From Cycas panzhihuaensis (lineage: Eukaryota; Plantae; Cycadophyta): a DNA stretch of 64,000 nucleotides. Under the pieces are notes generated by a model. That model did no database searches, was not told the origin of the DNA, and worked only from the letters and a program-made list of their open reading frames with translations. The position numbers were made by a program, and so were the translations under genes. Positions 1 to 14,900 of the stretch are shown piece by piece. The stretch covers positions 165,795,741-165,859,740 of the forward strand of contig CM041465.1 in the NCBI GenBank assembly GCA_023213395.1, written 5' to 3'. Position 1 is the stretch's first letter, and the number at the start of each line of letters is the position of its first letter.

Positions 1-3000
1 AGCTAGAAATCTTGTAGCTGCATTCTCAACCAAACTAATTCACATGCACTTACTAATGTTGCTTTGTATTCTGCCTCAACTATAGATAAGGAATCTGTGT
101 TATTTCTTTGTGCTCCAAGTTATGGCTGATGATCCCATACCGAACATATAACCTATTGTAGATTTTCTATTATTAATATCTCTTGCCTAATCTAAGTCTA
201 TATAGCCAGTTAACTAAAATTTTAGAGAAGCTTTATAGTATAGCCCATAATCTAGAGTTTCTTTGAGATATCGAAGAATTCTCTTGGTTGCTTACTAATG
301 AGAGGTGTTTGGATCTTACATAAACCTAGATACAACATTAACTAAGTGTGTTATATCTAGTCGAGTAGATGTTAACTATATGAAACTACCAATAAGTTAT
401 ATGTAAAGTGTTAGGTTAACTGATGTAGAGTCATCTATCTTAGAGAACTTGATTCCTATTTTAACTGGGGTTACCAATGATTTACAATCAGACATCTTAA
501 ACTTTTGTAATAAGTCTAAAGTATATTTGTATTGGGAGATGAAAATTCCCTTCTTATCTTGCCAAACTTCCAAACCTAGGAAGTAATGCATAAGCCCCAA
601 ATCTATCATCTTGAATTCTTTACACACAGCATCTTTGAATTGATGTAATAAGTGAGAATCATTTCTAGAATATACAAGGTCATCCACATAAAGTCCTATA
701 ATTAGGATTGAATTTCCCTTAGTTTGAATATATAGGTTAGGATCTGCTTAAGATCTTTCAAATCCTTGATCTCTGAAATATTTATCTATGTGGGAATACT
801 AAGCCATGGGTGCTTATTTAACCATAGAGTGCCTCTTTTAGTTTATATACTTTGTTCTTTTTCCCCCCTGACTTCAAAATCAAGGGGTTGAGTGATATAG
901 ATATCCTCTTTAATGTAGTTATTGAGGAAGGCATGTTTGACATCCATTTGGTAAACTTTCCAACCTATTTGATTTGCTAGGCTTATCATCATTCTAATAG
1001 ATTCCATCCAAGTAATAAGGACAAAAGTTTTAGTATAGTCAATGCCTTCTTTTTTAGCATACCCCTTAGTAACCAACCTAGTATTGTATTTGTCAATAGA
1101 ACCATTTGAGCAAAACTTGGTCTTGTAGAACTATTTTGTACCAATAGTATTTTTCTTTGGAGGTAAATCAACTAGCTCCCATATGTCATTCTTAACAATG
1201 GAGTTGTATTCATCTTCCATTACTTTTTTCCAACATTTATGTTGATTGGCCTCATCAAAGGTTTGAGGCTCATGAGTCTCTAATACTTTGCTTATTAGGG
1301 AAAAATTAACCCTATGTGAGTGCTTGGATCTACAATTATTATCCAAGATATTACCCAAGTCATGATTTTGATGAGCCCTTTTTGGTAAGTTTTATGGTGG
1401 AGGTTGAGATGAAGTTCGTCCCCACTAGGTTCATTGATGCTTCTCTCAGAATTAAACATAGGAGGTATATATTTAGTTTTGGATAATATATCAAACTTTA
1501 TTGCAATGCCCTTTTCCTTTTCTTGAGTGTATTAATAGTAGTTGTCTTCTTAGAACTTAACATCCCTTCTTAACATGACCCTTTTTGATTTGGGGTCATA
1601 AGCCTTGTATGACTTGGATGTTTCACTATAACTAAGGAAAATACATTTGATGCTATGATCATCCAATTTAGATCTTTGTTGATCAAGAATATGAGCATAG
1701 ACAAGGCGTACAATTACTCTAAGATGATGTATGTTTGGTTTGTAACTAATCTAAGATTCTTTTGGAGTTTTCCACCTAAGAGCTTTGGCAGAGCACCTAT
1801 TGAGTAAATAAGTAGCCATGTGTACTACTTCAGCCTAAAACTCACATTCTAAACTCTTGTCCTTAAGCATACACCTATCCATTTCAACTATAGTGTAATT
1901 TTTCCTCTCTACTACACCATTTTATTATGGGGTGTAGGGATTAGTAAACTGTCTTCTAATTCCATGGTATACACAATAATCCTTGAATGTATTGGAGATA
2001 AATTCTCCCCCATTATCTAATCTTAGGGATAGTAATTTGTATTCACTTTGTCGCTCCACAAAGGTTTTGAAGTCAATAAAGTATTAAAAGGTATCCAATT
2101 TGTACTTGAGGAAGAACACCCAAGTCTTCCTTGTGAAATCATCTATGAATGTGATAAAGTACTTAGCACTTGCTAGTGAAGGAATGTTCATAAGACTGTA
2201 AATATTTATATATACTAATAGGAGTGGACCCAATGCTCAATGACTATAATCTGGAAAACTTTCCCTATGGTGTTTTCTAAGAAGACATCCTTCACATAGG
2301 TTTTTGTTCACCTCAATATGTGGTAATCCATTGACTATATCCATCAGCTTCATAAGGGCCAAACTATTATAATATAGATGGCCAAATCTTTTATGCTATA
2401 ATTCACTATCCAATTTAGCTAAAGGTCTTAGAGCATATGTATCTAAAGGAGTAAGAATAAGTTTGAACAAGTGATCCTTGGTCATTTTCCATTTGGTAAT
2501 GACAACTTTATTTCTCCTTTTATTTTTTATTACATACTCACTATTATTAAAAATAACTTTGTAGTCCTATCCCATCATCTTCCCTATTGATAATAAGTTT
2601 TTCTTTAGAGCTGGGACATACAGACATCATCTAGATGTCTATATTCTCCTATATCCATCACTAGGGCTATATTACCTCTACCATCTAATTCATGGGACGT
2701 ATCATCTCCAAACATAATGGATCATTTCTTGATTTTGTTTAAAGTTTGAAACAAGTATTCCTTATATGTTATATGGGTTAAACATCCTAAATCAATTTAC
2801 CAACTATCATCCTCTTCCTCTTTAGTAGTGAAGCTAAATAGAAATAACTTATTATTGTCCCTTGATTCAGTTGTATTATGGGCATTTCCTTTAGTGAGCA
2901 GTTCATATTTTGAGAAACACTTATCTTTAGAATGGCCACTTTTATGGCAATATGAATAATATAGGGGATCTTTCCTTCCATAGCTTAAACTCCTGCTTTA

Positions 3001-4393
3001 TGGATGAGATCGATCAATATTGGATGATCTCCCATTTTCCTCATAATGTGGAGGAGGATTTTCTCTTAGTCTATTATCATAATAATCTTGATTGGACCTT
3101 GATGATTGAGAATTGCCTAGACAATTTAGACAACAAGTATATCCTTTGAATTGTTTCCTTTGGTTTATATACCTAGGAGGGTTCTCATTATTTTGATGTC
3201 CTCCTTACCTCCTTTGATGAGGGGCTTGATATTTGAGAGGATCTTGTATAACTTCCCTTTTAGGGTTCCTATCCCTTCTTTTTGGAGATAGTTCTTTGGA
3301 CCTTGAAGTTCCTGCTTAAGAATTGGATTGGATTCATGCCTTTGTAGCAAAGGCATATTTAAGTGACTCATTGGAATTTTGTTGTTCTTCTACTAATAAG
3401 AGCATAGCACTAAGTTGTTCCATCTTTAATGTGATTAGATCTTTTGATATACTTATACTTGTGGCAACCATTTTGAAACATCTAACTACACCAATACATC
3501 TTACAATCTATTCAACCACCCTTTATTCTGTTAAGATATCTCCAAGAGACCTCATCTGGTTGACTATATTTTATACTTTTGTCATGAATTCTGTTACAGC
3601 TTTTGTGGGCATTATATGCAAGTTTTCAAACTTTCTTCTAAGATTCTGGAGCTTAGAATATGTAGCTCCTTCATATATTAACTAAAGTATATCTCAAGCT
3701 TCCTTTGATTTGATGGACTCACTAACCCGAGGGAAAACATAATCTTCAAGTGCACAAAATATAAGTACCAAGGCCTTGCTATCCTTCTTGACATTTTCTT
3801 TATAGGTAACTTTCTTTGTATTAGTTAGATTTGGACCTAATTTATTATACCTTGATTTCACAATCTCCCATATCTCACTAGCTATGGGGATGGGTCTCAT
3901 CCTCCTACTTCAATTCAAGAAATTATTCCTATTAAATTTTGGAATGATCATATTACTAAAACTTGAGGCCATGTTGAGCTAAAGTTTTTATTAAAAAATG
4001 TGATAAACAAATAAAAAATGAAGTTTACAAGAGTTTGAATTTGAAGTTTGAACTAAGTTTCAAAGTCCTAAGTTTTACCCAAAGTTGTAAAAGTGAACTA
4101 GTACCTAATAAGGTTACTAGGCTCTAAATTTAGGGGTCTCCAAGGGAAACCTTTAGTTACTATCCTATCTAATGGCGCCTACCCATAAATGGAAAAATAG
4201 GGACCCAATATATCGATACATAAGCTTAAGACTTAATGTATCTTAGTATGCATGCTACTAAGAAGGTTTTTACACCCTCTAAATTATGGATCCACCCGCG
4301 TTAGACTTATACCTAGTGATAGATCTAGCGATGAAGATTACTCAAACCAAGGCACTCACCCTCTCTAGGCCTAACCTTAGTCTCTAAACACCA
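1..4393 (-). mobile_element. Degraded Ty1/copia LTR retrotransposon internal region (gag-PR-INT-RT-RNase H), running off the left edge
   Basis: Minus-strand fragments lie in copia order: UBN2-type gag (3694-3900, 'KKDSKALVLIFCALEDYVFPRV'), integrase (~1550-2300), RT ('EPQTFDEANQHKCW', 'GIDYTKTF', 'QMDVKHAFLN', YVDD at ~680-690, 'DLGLMHYFLGLEV'), then the RNase H start. Many stops and frameshifts. Decayed Met-PBS at 4382-4393. Confidence 0.93.
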
Positions 4394-4559
4394 AATGAGG
4401 AAAAGGTTTTGCACCTCAACTTGCCACCAAATACACCTGATATCTAATGACTTTCCTCATCTAATATGAGTAGGCCAATTAGCATGTATAAGGTGGTAAC
4501 TTTAGGGATCATGATCATTCCCTTTGTAAGGCTAGAAATAAGGATGTTCAATTCAGAAA

Positions 4560-7500
4560 TTATCTTTTTAATATGATAATAAATTGATTAATGCTTATGG
4601 TATTGCTTAGGGTTTTTTTTAAATTCCTTTTATACCAAAAAAAGTAACTAAAAAGAAAAATAATATTCACTAAGTAAGAATAAACAAATGGAATAAAGAT
4701 ATCTTTTAAATTAAAAAAGATATATATACAAGTAATAACCTTTCCTTCAAATCTTAGTAAATCAAATAAATTAACTAATGAGCCTTTTCCTTTCCATTCA
4801 ATCAAAATAATGCTAAATAATATGCAACCTAGTTTTCAACTTGATATTATATAGAGAAACAAAAATCTAAATGCTCTTTTGATGTTTTAACTATGAAAAT
4901 TTAAAATCTAACTGTTTTTAATGATAAAAGGATAGATATTCAATGATATTCTTTAACTAAGTTTGAATCTTTCAAAGCTAATAAGTAGCTAAAGTAAAAA
5001 TAAATGACCTTCATGTCAATATAAAATGAAGTATGCTAAATTATGAAGATGATTAGTTATCCTTTTGAAAGTAGTATACCCTTTTAGAAGTAGTAAAAAA
5101 CTAAAAAACTGAAGTATAATCATTACTTAAGATGATAGAAATATCTAAAAATAATAATTTTCCATAAAAAAAATATAGAAATAAACAATTATAACATTAA
5201 TTATACCCATTTGGTAAGGTAGCTCCACTTAACTTACAAATAGCCTGAAGTGTTAAAAATTTAGCTTCTTACTATAAAAAGGCTTAAAAAATACAAACAA
5301 AAAATAATAATAGCTTCAAGAATAAACTATTAATGATCAATAATGTAGATATAATATTTTTGAGATAATGTAATACTTGAAAATTTATAAGATAATGCCT
5401 ATAAGGACTAAACAAGAAGCTAAAGATAACTAGCTTCAAACAACTACCAAATGATGTCAGATTTGAGTGAAACCTATTTTAATCCAAAGAATATTGAAAT
5501 TTTTTTTTGATAGATTTGATCGATTGAAAAACTAACTCCTAAAACTCAAGATATTAAAGACTAGGTGTAAGGATCTTTTTTAGGACTTGAATATGAGCCA
5601 TGAGGCTAAAATACTATAACAAACAGATTATAACTTTATGGAAAGATATAAAATTACTCACGTATAGATTAGAGATCTTTTAATGCATCTTATACTGAAA
5701 AACTTTGAAGAAATTACTTCAAAAAATGCTGAATAATAAAGAACTAAGTTTGATTAAGTACCTTAACTTTACCAGCCTTAAATATCTATAAAATAACTTC
5801 AAATCACTTTAAAAAAATATATCAACATGAAGAGGGCTAAACCACCTTTCCAACAAAGTAGACAGTTTATAAAATGGATATCAGATGTGAAAGTTATAGT
5901 GAAAATAGCGAAGGAACCTCTTTATTGTTAATAAAATAGAGGCTAAAAAAATAGGTCACTTCAAGCTATTAGAACTTAATCAAAATAGCTCCAAATCTAA
6001 TAAATGACTGACGCATGGTGAATCTTGCTAAATAACAATCATGATGAGACTAGTTTTGATGAAATATGTCAACCTAGTGAGCAGTTATAGTAGAAAATGT
6101 GCCAGTTACTTTATGAAGAAAATTATAAATAAACTTTATATAAAAAATGAATTAAGCCCCTTAAAAAAAAAATTGGAGGTCACATAAAGGAGCACAGGGC
6201 CATGGACCAAACTTTGAAGGGGGCTATCCACTAATCAAATGCCTCTAGATTTAAAAACATATACAAAAGAGTTTAATTAAATTAAACTTTATAAAGAAAA
6301 AAATTTGTCAAAAATAAATAGCCACTGCCAAAAATGTGGAATAAAGGGCAATTATCGGTGAATGCATGTGATTAAAACCAATTGAAATTGATTGAAAAAA
6401 GGATCACACCAAGGCATCAAGGATCTACACTGGTGGATCGAAGGAAAAACCTTCAAAAATCTTAATTTTTATATAATAAAAAATAAAAAAGAAATGACTA
6501 CACATGCATGACTAGTGAGGATAGATGGAGAGAGATAGGCACAAAAACACAATTAAAATCATTAAGACAAGGTTTCAATCGATTGAGGACAGGTTGCAAG
6601 GTATCCAAAAGGTTTTGAGGATCCACAACAATGGATCACACTCGAAAACGAGTAAAAAAACTATGAATTTTAAAGTGAAACAATGGAGGGATGACACGAT
6701 GGTATCATATGGCCTCACAGAGGGAAAGATGGATGCCAAATCAATTCTAACATGGGTGCAAGATCTGGGCACATACGAATCTTTAAAAAATTGAGAAAAA
6801 TAGTGATAAATGACTCAAAACGAAGAAAAACAAGGTAGACAGTGGGGCTTAAGTAGCCAGTAAGAGTACCTGGCAGTCTAAGGAGAATATCTCTACTCTT
6901 AGTACATGAAATGATGAGTCGTTTCCTTCATTGTGAAGCTAACTCGATTATGATCAAAATGAGTAGTCACTTGATATAGTTTTGAGCATCAGTTTGAGAG
7001 TTGGACTACTTTAAAGTTCTGATTACCTTTTTGAACTAAAAAATGAACTGAGACTTTGAAAAATTAATGAAAAACTTTAGAATTTCTTACTATATCTTTA
7101 ATACCCTGCATAAAACTGGATTTTCTACACAAAAAATGGGATTAAAACTTCCAACTGAAAGTACAAGAACCAAATGGAGGTCACTCATGATCAAAATGTT
7201 AAATATTGAAATAAACCTTAATATAAACTTTAGTATATAAAATAATAATTAATAAAATTATAATATGAGCTTGTCGTTGATGCACCGTGAGCTTTAATAC
7301 CAAATGAAGGATGTATAGGTACAGAGTGGGACTACAATGGTGAGATCCTTGTGCATGAGTTAACCATAACCGTTGAATATTGAGCGGTGTTAAAAAATAG
7401 TAGGGAGGTATTCCCACCCCATTTATAGGTTATTTGGGGAGGCGGCAAGCGCCTCAACCTAACTTGTATATTATCCAAAACAATTCAAATTAATATTAAA

Positions 7501-7607
7501 AAATAGGAACACATACCTTAAGGATAGTAGGTCAGCATCTAATGGATCTAGGAGGCTTGGGATATGACTCTAGGTGCCCTAGGGATTTTGAGGGTCCCTA
7601 GGTCCAC
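4560..7607 (-). mobile_element. Probable non-coding LTR-element leader plus a ~410 bp LTR (7197-7607)
   Basis: TG...CA-bounded segment at 7197-7607 with a minus-strand TATA (cctataaat, ~7421-7429) and a decayed PBS-like stretch at ~7183-7194. It truncates the neighbouring gag. No coding domain recognised. Confidence 0.4.
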
Positions 7608-9345
7608 AACTTCATAGGCACAGTAGGAGTTATCCCAACATGGATGAAGTCTTGAATCCATTCATCCTATCCTTACTTAAAGGAAAGTAAGGCTTTAAAC
7701 CCACTTCTGAATGGATTGGCCACATCGAAATAGTAGATAAAGGTGTCAACTAGTTACTAAAAGTAGACTATAGAATGGGTAGGTAGGTGATAAAACTATT
7801 TCAAAGCATCCCCATGAAGAGATCTTGGAAAGATCTTTGTTAAGATATGATCATAGTCCCAATAATCAATACACGCCATGACAAATTCCCTAATATGATC
7901 TTTGAGGTCTCAATATGGAGTGCCATCAAATTTGAGAACTTTGGGTGGATAAGAGGGTAGGTTAGTCCTTAATGCTTCTAGTAAAAGGGGATTGGTCTTA
8001 CAGTCCATAAAGGAATATGCCCTTTGTTGGGATAAAGTATTAGAGAGCGGATATAATAGTTGAGGATAGCATCTTACATGGAATAAGGTAGGTACCCTTT
8101 TTAGTAAGGCACATATTAGGGTGCCTATATTAGTAGGGTGAGTTCCCTTGTAAATAGGGGGTGTTATATTGGGATAGGGATTGGAAGTATAAGGATGTGG
8201 CCTAAGGTATCCCATAGTAATATATAAAGGGTTTTTATAGGATGGGTTAGCTTGAGCCATCATCCCTTTATGGAGCTATGATGGCGAAAGGAGGTATAGA
8301 TAGTGTCATAGATAGACCTTGATAAGAATGACTTGGTGGGATTGAGTGAGATGAATAGGATGAAGGATGTGGTAGTGGTTTTTTCTAGAATGGCCCCTCA
8401 ATGGGAGGGGCAACTCTATAGGGGTAGAGAGAATCTACACCATATGCAAAGAAGGGATGAGATCTGGCATGCCCCCAATGTGGGGCTACATATCTTAGTG
8501 GGGTATACAAGGTGAGGTTGGTACGATGTGGGTGAGGATTAGATGTAGGGCCTCCATTAGGTCCCACATGGTAGGGATGTAGAGGGATTGAGGGAATGAT
8601 AGGTGGGACCCAAGCTATGCTTGGTTGTGGAATAAATGCTTATAATGGGGCTATAAGGGAGGTAGGTTAGGAAACTTGTGAAATGAATTAAGAGGTAGAT
8701 TGAGACGATTCAAGTATCAACCCATGTGGGGGATTAATAGAGGAAGATGCAGTGGTTGTGTCTTAAGTAGGTGAAATCATAGATTGAACTGCTACTTAGG
8801 GTATGGAGTGAGGGTGTGTAGATTAAGTTACGATAGGGATAGTAGTGGATGAGGCTAGGGCATTGAAAAGTAGGCATCATGCCTAAGTAGGAGTTGATTC
8901 ACCTGCTACCACCTCAAAATGGGGCCTTAGTGCCACCATAATATCCTATGAGGGAGCGTGGGCCTAGACGGGGGCAAAGACATACTCACCCCATGACCCT
9001 ACTCGAAGGAGCTGGGATGGGTAAACAATTTAAGAACTTGAGGGGATTCTTGAGGAGAGATGGCCCCTATAACATGGGCATGAGACCCAACTAAGTTTTG
9101 ATAAAACCTATCAACCTTATGGGTCTAAGATGAGGGGTCTACACCCTCTTAAAAGGGTTAGTTAGGCAGATATAGACCAATGGGTTGGCAGCAATCTTAG
9201 GAATAAGGTCGATGTAGGTATTGGGACAATTCAATGGGGAATTGGCTAGCCATTAAAAACACTTGACTATTTATAGGAGTAGGCAAATATTAGAAGTCAG
9301 GATTAGATGGAGGGAGACCCCATAAGTGATAAGAAAATCATCACA
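7608..9345 (-). pseudogene. Degraded gag of a Tat/Ogre-like Ty3/gypsy element
   Basis: A proline-rich N-terminus is followed by 'PPKVLKFDGT..' and 'KDHIREFVMA' (retrotrans_gag entry motif) at ~7870-7950. Confidence 0.7.
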
Positions 9346-11947
9346 TGTAGAGAACAACCAAAGTTGTATGGATGAAGTGGGAGCATGCAAGGGATCCTTA
9401 TACAAACTAAATCAAATAAATACCCTAAACTCAAAGGGCAATGTTAAAAGAGAGGAGGTGGTAAAGGCTTAGTGGTGCTAAGCTCACTACCAACTAACAA
9501 GTTCCCTAGCATGGTTAGTAGTGAATGAGGACTGACATGAGGAAGAACATATAAACGTAACCTACAATGGATCCTTAGGGCATTAAAGAATCATGTGAGA
9601 TAAGATATAAGTAAATACCCCTCGTAGGGCACTTGTACATCTCTTAGACATGAATGTGATGCTTAAAACATGTTTTCTTATGGTTAGTTAATGACTAATA
9701 GGCAATACGAGTGTGTGCACGTGCCTAACGAGGGTCAAAAAAGAGGTGCTAGCCTATGGTAAACTAATCATTAATCACACACCTAATATGACTATATGCA
9801 CTTAATAGTTACATGTATCCAATAAGCAACCCTAACTAACATGCATGTTTTAGCTTCACAAGTTTAAGGACTCGTATCAAGTATGATCCTTTCTTTTACA
9901 TAGGCCTTGATATGAACAACCAATCCTATTCCAAAGAAATATGCAATATAATGCAATGTGTGATGAAAAGAAACAAATGTTCTACTTTGGGTTTTTCACT
10001 TTTCTTTCCTTTTTTTTTTTTCTTTAAAGTAAGATAAAGTCTTATAAGGTATAGAGGAAGAGAGAGAGAGAGGGAGGGAAAGACACAACTCAATCTAACA
10101 AGAAGTGAATGACCCTCTTTTTCTCTTTTTCTACCCTTTTTCTTTTCTTCTTTTTCTTCATTTTTTTTTTCTTGGAGAAAGGGAAAGGGAAATCTACCTT
10201 TTTTTTTTTTTTTATCTTATAAGCAAAGGTAAATAGGATACCTAGAGGAATGCTCAGTTTACAATGTGATATCTCTTTCATGATCCCCTTTCTCTCTAAT
10301 CCACTAAAAGGGTTCTCAAAACATAATTAAATGAATATAAAATACATATGCTAAGATTCTAAGGAAAATTCAATAATATTTCTACTTGTCGAATCATAAT
10401 ATGACAAAATAAAATTTTCTATCCAATCTTTAAAATGTCAAAAAGAGCTTTATAAAATAAAGTTAAGCTTCCCTTATACCTTTGCAAATCTGTAGTGAAA
10501 ATCTATCAGCATTCTAGTTGTGCAATAGGCACCCAATCATATAAAGAGGAGTGAAGAGAAAGGGTTCAAGTTACTCCAAAGCACTCCAAGACCTACAAAG
10601 ATATGAATATGCACTACCAATAAGAGTAAACTAAGAGCATGTATGAGAAAAAGCTAAAACTATAGGAATATATGCCTAAAATATTAAAAGAAGACCATTA
10701 AAAGCACATAAACCAGTAGCTTAGTGAGGAAAGATAAAAGAGACTCAGAAATGGCTCTTATATCTTCCAAATACCAGGGCATATCAAGTAGTACTTAGTT
10801 GTGATTTCTTCCTACAAAATTAATTGACTCTTATACAACAAAATAAGAAAGAAGAAAGGCAAAATTAAAAGCTAACATGAGGTGAGTAAAGTAATACTTA
10901 ACACACTCAAGTGAAAGTAATAAAAAAACCAAGAAATCAACTTACAAATGGAGTGTGGGGGAGGAATGCCTCATTCTAAATAGTGAGAGTGAAGCCAATG
11001 ACCCAAATTCTTTGACCAAAGGATGCTCCAACATAACTGGGCAATCAATCTCTAAGTTAGAGCAAAATACAAGTAGGTAAATCAAGATCAAGTAGGTAGA
11101 ATAATAATAGTATCATCATACAAATTCTTGACCCCCCCTTCTAATGGAAAAATGATAGGTTAAATATATGAGGGTGGGGGTGGGATGGCTGGTTTCTATC
11201 CTATGATATAGGTGAAAATAATGAATCTAAACCCATGTGTCTTGCCAATAGATTTGCTCTATAACCAAGTGAAAACAAGGATTTTTGATGTGGCAAGGCC
11301 TCTTGGGCTTAGGAAAATTAATGTGGGAGGAAATATAATTGACAAACATCGACTCAAGGTTGCACACGTGTAATAAATATGTCATTTGTTACCCTTGAGA
11401 CTATTTCTAAGTTAATGATAATCATACCATGAAGTTTTTCATAGTACCGTAAATGATATCATGGTACTATAAAGAACTTTGTGGTACCGCTTTTCTATGG
11501 TAAAAATAGTACTCTACTACCTAGAAATTGAAGTGGATAGACAATAATCAATGCTGTGTGTAAAAATAGTCACAAGATAGGCCAAAAATAAAGAAAACAA
11601 TGGAAAATAGGGTAAAAATAAAGATAAAACAAGGGGAATGATGAGAAAATGAGATGAATGGCAAGGAAAAATAAGCCAACAAAATTTTGCAAGAATACTA
11701 AACAACCTTTTGTAGCTTGGAAAGCCAAATGGGTAGGCTAAATGGCCATTGACCAATGTCACACTCATCATCGACTAAAAAAGTAACATGGCTCACTAAG
11801 CTAGCAATTAGGCAAACAAAAGCACACATCCATAATCTAATGATGTAACATGACAAATAATGAATAACATAAAAAGGCATAAACATACCTTCACTTACTT
11901 GTCATTGTGATGTCCATGTCATTCCTGGCTAGTGAGAAATAGTAACA
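9346..11947 (-). repeat. Long (~2.6 kb) 5' LTR of the Tat/Ogre-like element
   Basis: Starts TGTTAC at 11947 (minus) and ends CTACA at ~9346. Visibly homologous in inverted orientation to 25928-28400 (11710-11785 vs 26088-26165). Confidence 0.65.
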
Positions 11948-14900
11948 TATTTTTAGTATATACTTTTAATGCTTTTATGATCTCTATTTCTAATATGGTT
12001 GAACCATTAAAGTAGTTAAAACCACTACATTAGCCTCCTTATTTCTAGTGGCATATTCTTGTATAATCTAATTGGAGTATAAGATATGCAATGCTCTATG
12101 TTCATTATTTAGTGATTTATGAGCATATCACATGCCTGCTTCATGAGCTTTTAAATAGTGATTACATTATGTTAAGTGTGTAGAGAAGATCATATGATCA
12201 TTATCTAGTTGATTATGGTAATTTCAAACTCTTTTATCTAGATATTTGAGGCTCTATTATATCAAGAGTTTGTTCATTGCAATAAGGGCATTTCATAATG
12301 GATGTTTCCCCTATATTTTATAAGGGTTTACCACTATAAATATAATGCGATTTTTTCTCTTGTAATTTACTTTTTTACTTTTGGTATTTTAGATATAGAA
12401 AAATAGTTGGTATTTGATCTTGGTCTCTTTCAATATGATATCAGAACTATAATGTTCTATATTCTGAATAGTATTGGAGATGAAAGATAAAACGGAAATA
12501 CCCACATTAATACAAACATTACCATGGATTATAGATAAATTTATCTAAGTGTTATAGAAATTAATTGTACTAAGTAAAGAGCAATTGCATAGATAAAACA
12601 TATAATGCATAAACTATCAATAATAAGTTCACTATAAAGAGGAGTGCCTCATCTGAGGTGTATTTAAGAATATTAAAATAAACAATCAATCATTGAATAA
12701 CATATCAATGATAAAGAACACCTATCATCAAACATTTGAGTAACTATAATGAAATCCATTAATGATATATCAACCAAAGTTGATATATCCCAATAGATAA
12801 TTATATTGTCACATTCATGAAGCCTATGTGCATTTAATAAAAGATCTCTCCTAGAATATCATAACAAATGGCCATGCAAGGATGCCTAATTAATTTTTCT
12901 ATATTTGTAATGCCAAGACATATAATACTTATGATTATTATTTCTATCTAAAATGTAAGAATATAACACAGTAAAGACCAAGATAATCAAGAACAAATAT
13001 AAGCCCAAATCCAATGAAAAATATATAATGCTAACGCTAAAAGTGTAGGAATTAGGGACATGTGCAAAGTACCCATCCATTAAATCAACTTGATGTCTTT
13101 GTGTGTACACTTTGTAGGCATGGAAACCATGAAATAATGGACTACCTAGTCATGCTATAAAAAATAAAAGGAAAATACAAAGTGACCCATCACATGGTAG
13201 CTATCAAGGTTTTATAATCACTAACATAATTTTGATGTAGTTCTAGATCACACCATGGATAATAGGTGAATTAGATGATAAGACAAGGTATAGTAGGAGA
13301 ATACAATCATAACAGACCAAAGGGATATCCAAGGATATTTTGATAAAATTATTAAGGAAAAAAAAGTAAGTATCCATGTCCTAAAATATAAAAGTCATAC
13401 TTCAAAGAAGCCCAAAATGAAGTAATCCTATTAGAATAGGAGGAAATGTTATTACTCATAGTGTTTACATGATTATGTAATAAAGTTAGAGATATAAACT
13501 CAAAAGTTACTTACATTGGTTATGTTGATGATCACATAGATGGTATAACTATTTAGACAAGATAAATTAGCTAATGTACAACCCCCGTTAATGAACATCA
13601 AATAAATTATAAAGAGAATGACATTAGAGCATAATGATTTTAAACCTATGATCAAGGTTCAATTACATGATTTCCTATTATAGGATGCTATAGTCAACTT
13701 TGGCTCATAAGTTAATGTTATTTTAGAGAAAAAATCAATGCAACTTAGAAGACCAACTTTGGATTAATCCCTAATTATTATTAAAGTTGTTGATCTAAAC
13801 CTAATTCCTCCTAAAAGAATATTAAGAAGATTCACTATTATATATTATGACATCATGGTTGAAGTGGAATTTTAGGTGGAGTGTTATCATTGACGAAGGA
13901 TATCTACTGATTGTTATTGGGTTAACCATGGGGACAAAGGATGTGAGTAGCACTCTATCTTAACCAATAACAACTAACATTTTAATATGGGAACAAAGCC
14001 ACTATTATACCTCTACATAAAATCTTTGGAAAGTTTGAATAGTATTTTGCTTTAGTCTCCATAGAAATAAGATACCCAAAGACTAGTATGAGGATATTAA
14101 TCATTTCCAAGTACCATCTAATGATTTGATTAACTCATTAATAGAGTATGTTTATAATTCAACACTATAGAATCATCATCATCAATATTGAATGATGTAT
14201 TGTAAGCTTGGTAAGAGGAAGAGTACGAAGAATATTGATCTTATTTCCTTATTAAACTGGTCTCCATATAAGAACTTGGTGCAATGAGAGAAAATGAGGA
14301 TTAGATATTGAATCCTTTGGCATACAATGGAATGTTCGATCCTTATTTTTTTGGACCAATTTTATAAAAATTATGAAATGAAGAAAGATCTATCTTTTGA
14401 TCTTATTTAATATTAGATGTAAGCATTAAGGGGGATACATTCAACTAGTGGCATGCTTTTTGTCAATCATGGCAAGCATACTCAAATGCCATTAAACTTT
14501 TTCAGTGAATAATTGACTTAGAGTAGAAGTATCATCCATATGTGCTAAAAAAATATGGAGGTGATACTAGGCCCTAAAAGAATATATAATGTTCTCAATG
14601 TACTTGGTTCTCTAAAGTAGTACCAACAAAGTTTTGGCCACACTAATTCCTAATGATACTTAGTAAGATTCCATATAATTGGTATTTGTATGTTAAATGA
14701 AAACAACAAATATTTGACTAATTAGATGCTAGAAGATAATTTCATAAGATTTTTTAATTTTATTATTAGAGAATACTAGTGCAAAACATACTTCAAAAGA
14801 TTAATAACTTCTTATTTAATATAGTCAACAAACTAGGTGCAAGGACTTTGAAGCTATTACAAAGGACACCTAATTATTATTACCAAATAACCAAAGTCAA

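Noticed and set aside
10090-10281. Lys-rich ORFs (also 27696-27938)
   Set aside because: They are translations of A/T homopolymer tracts within LTRs.
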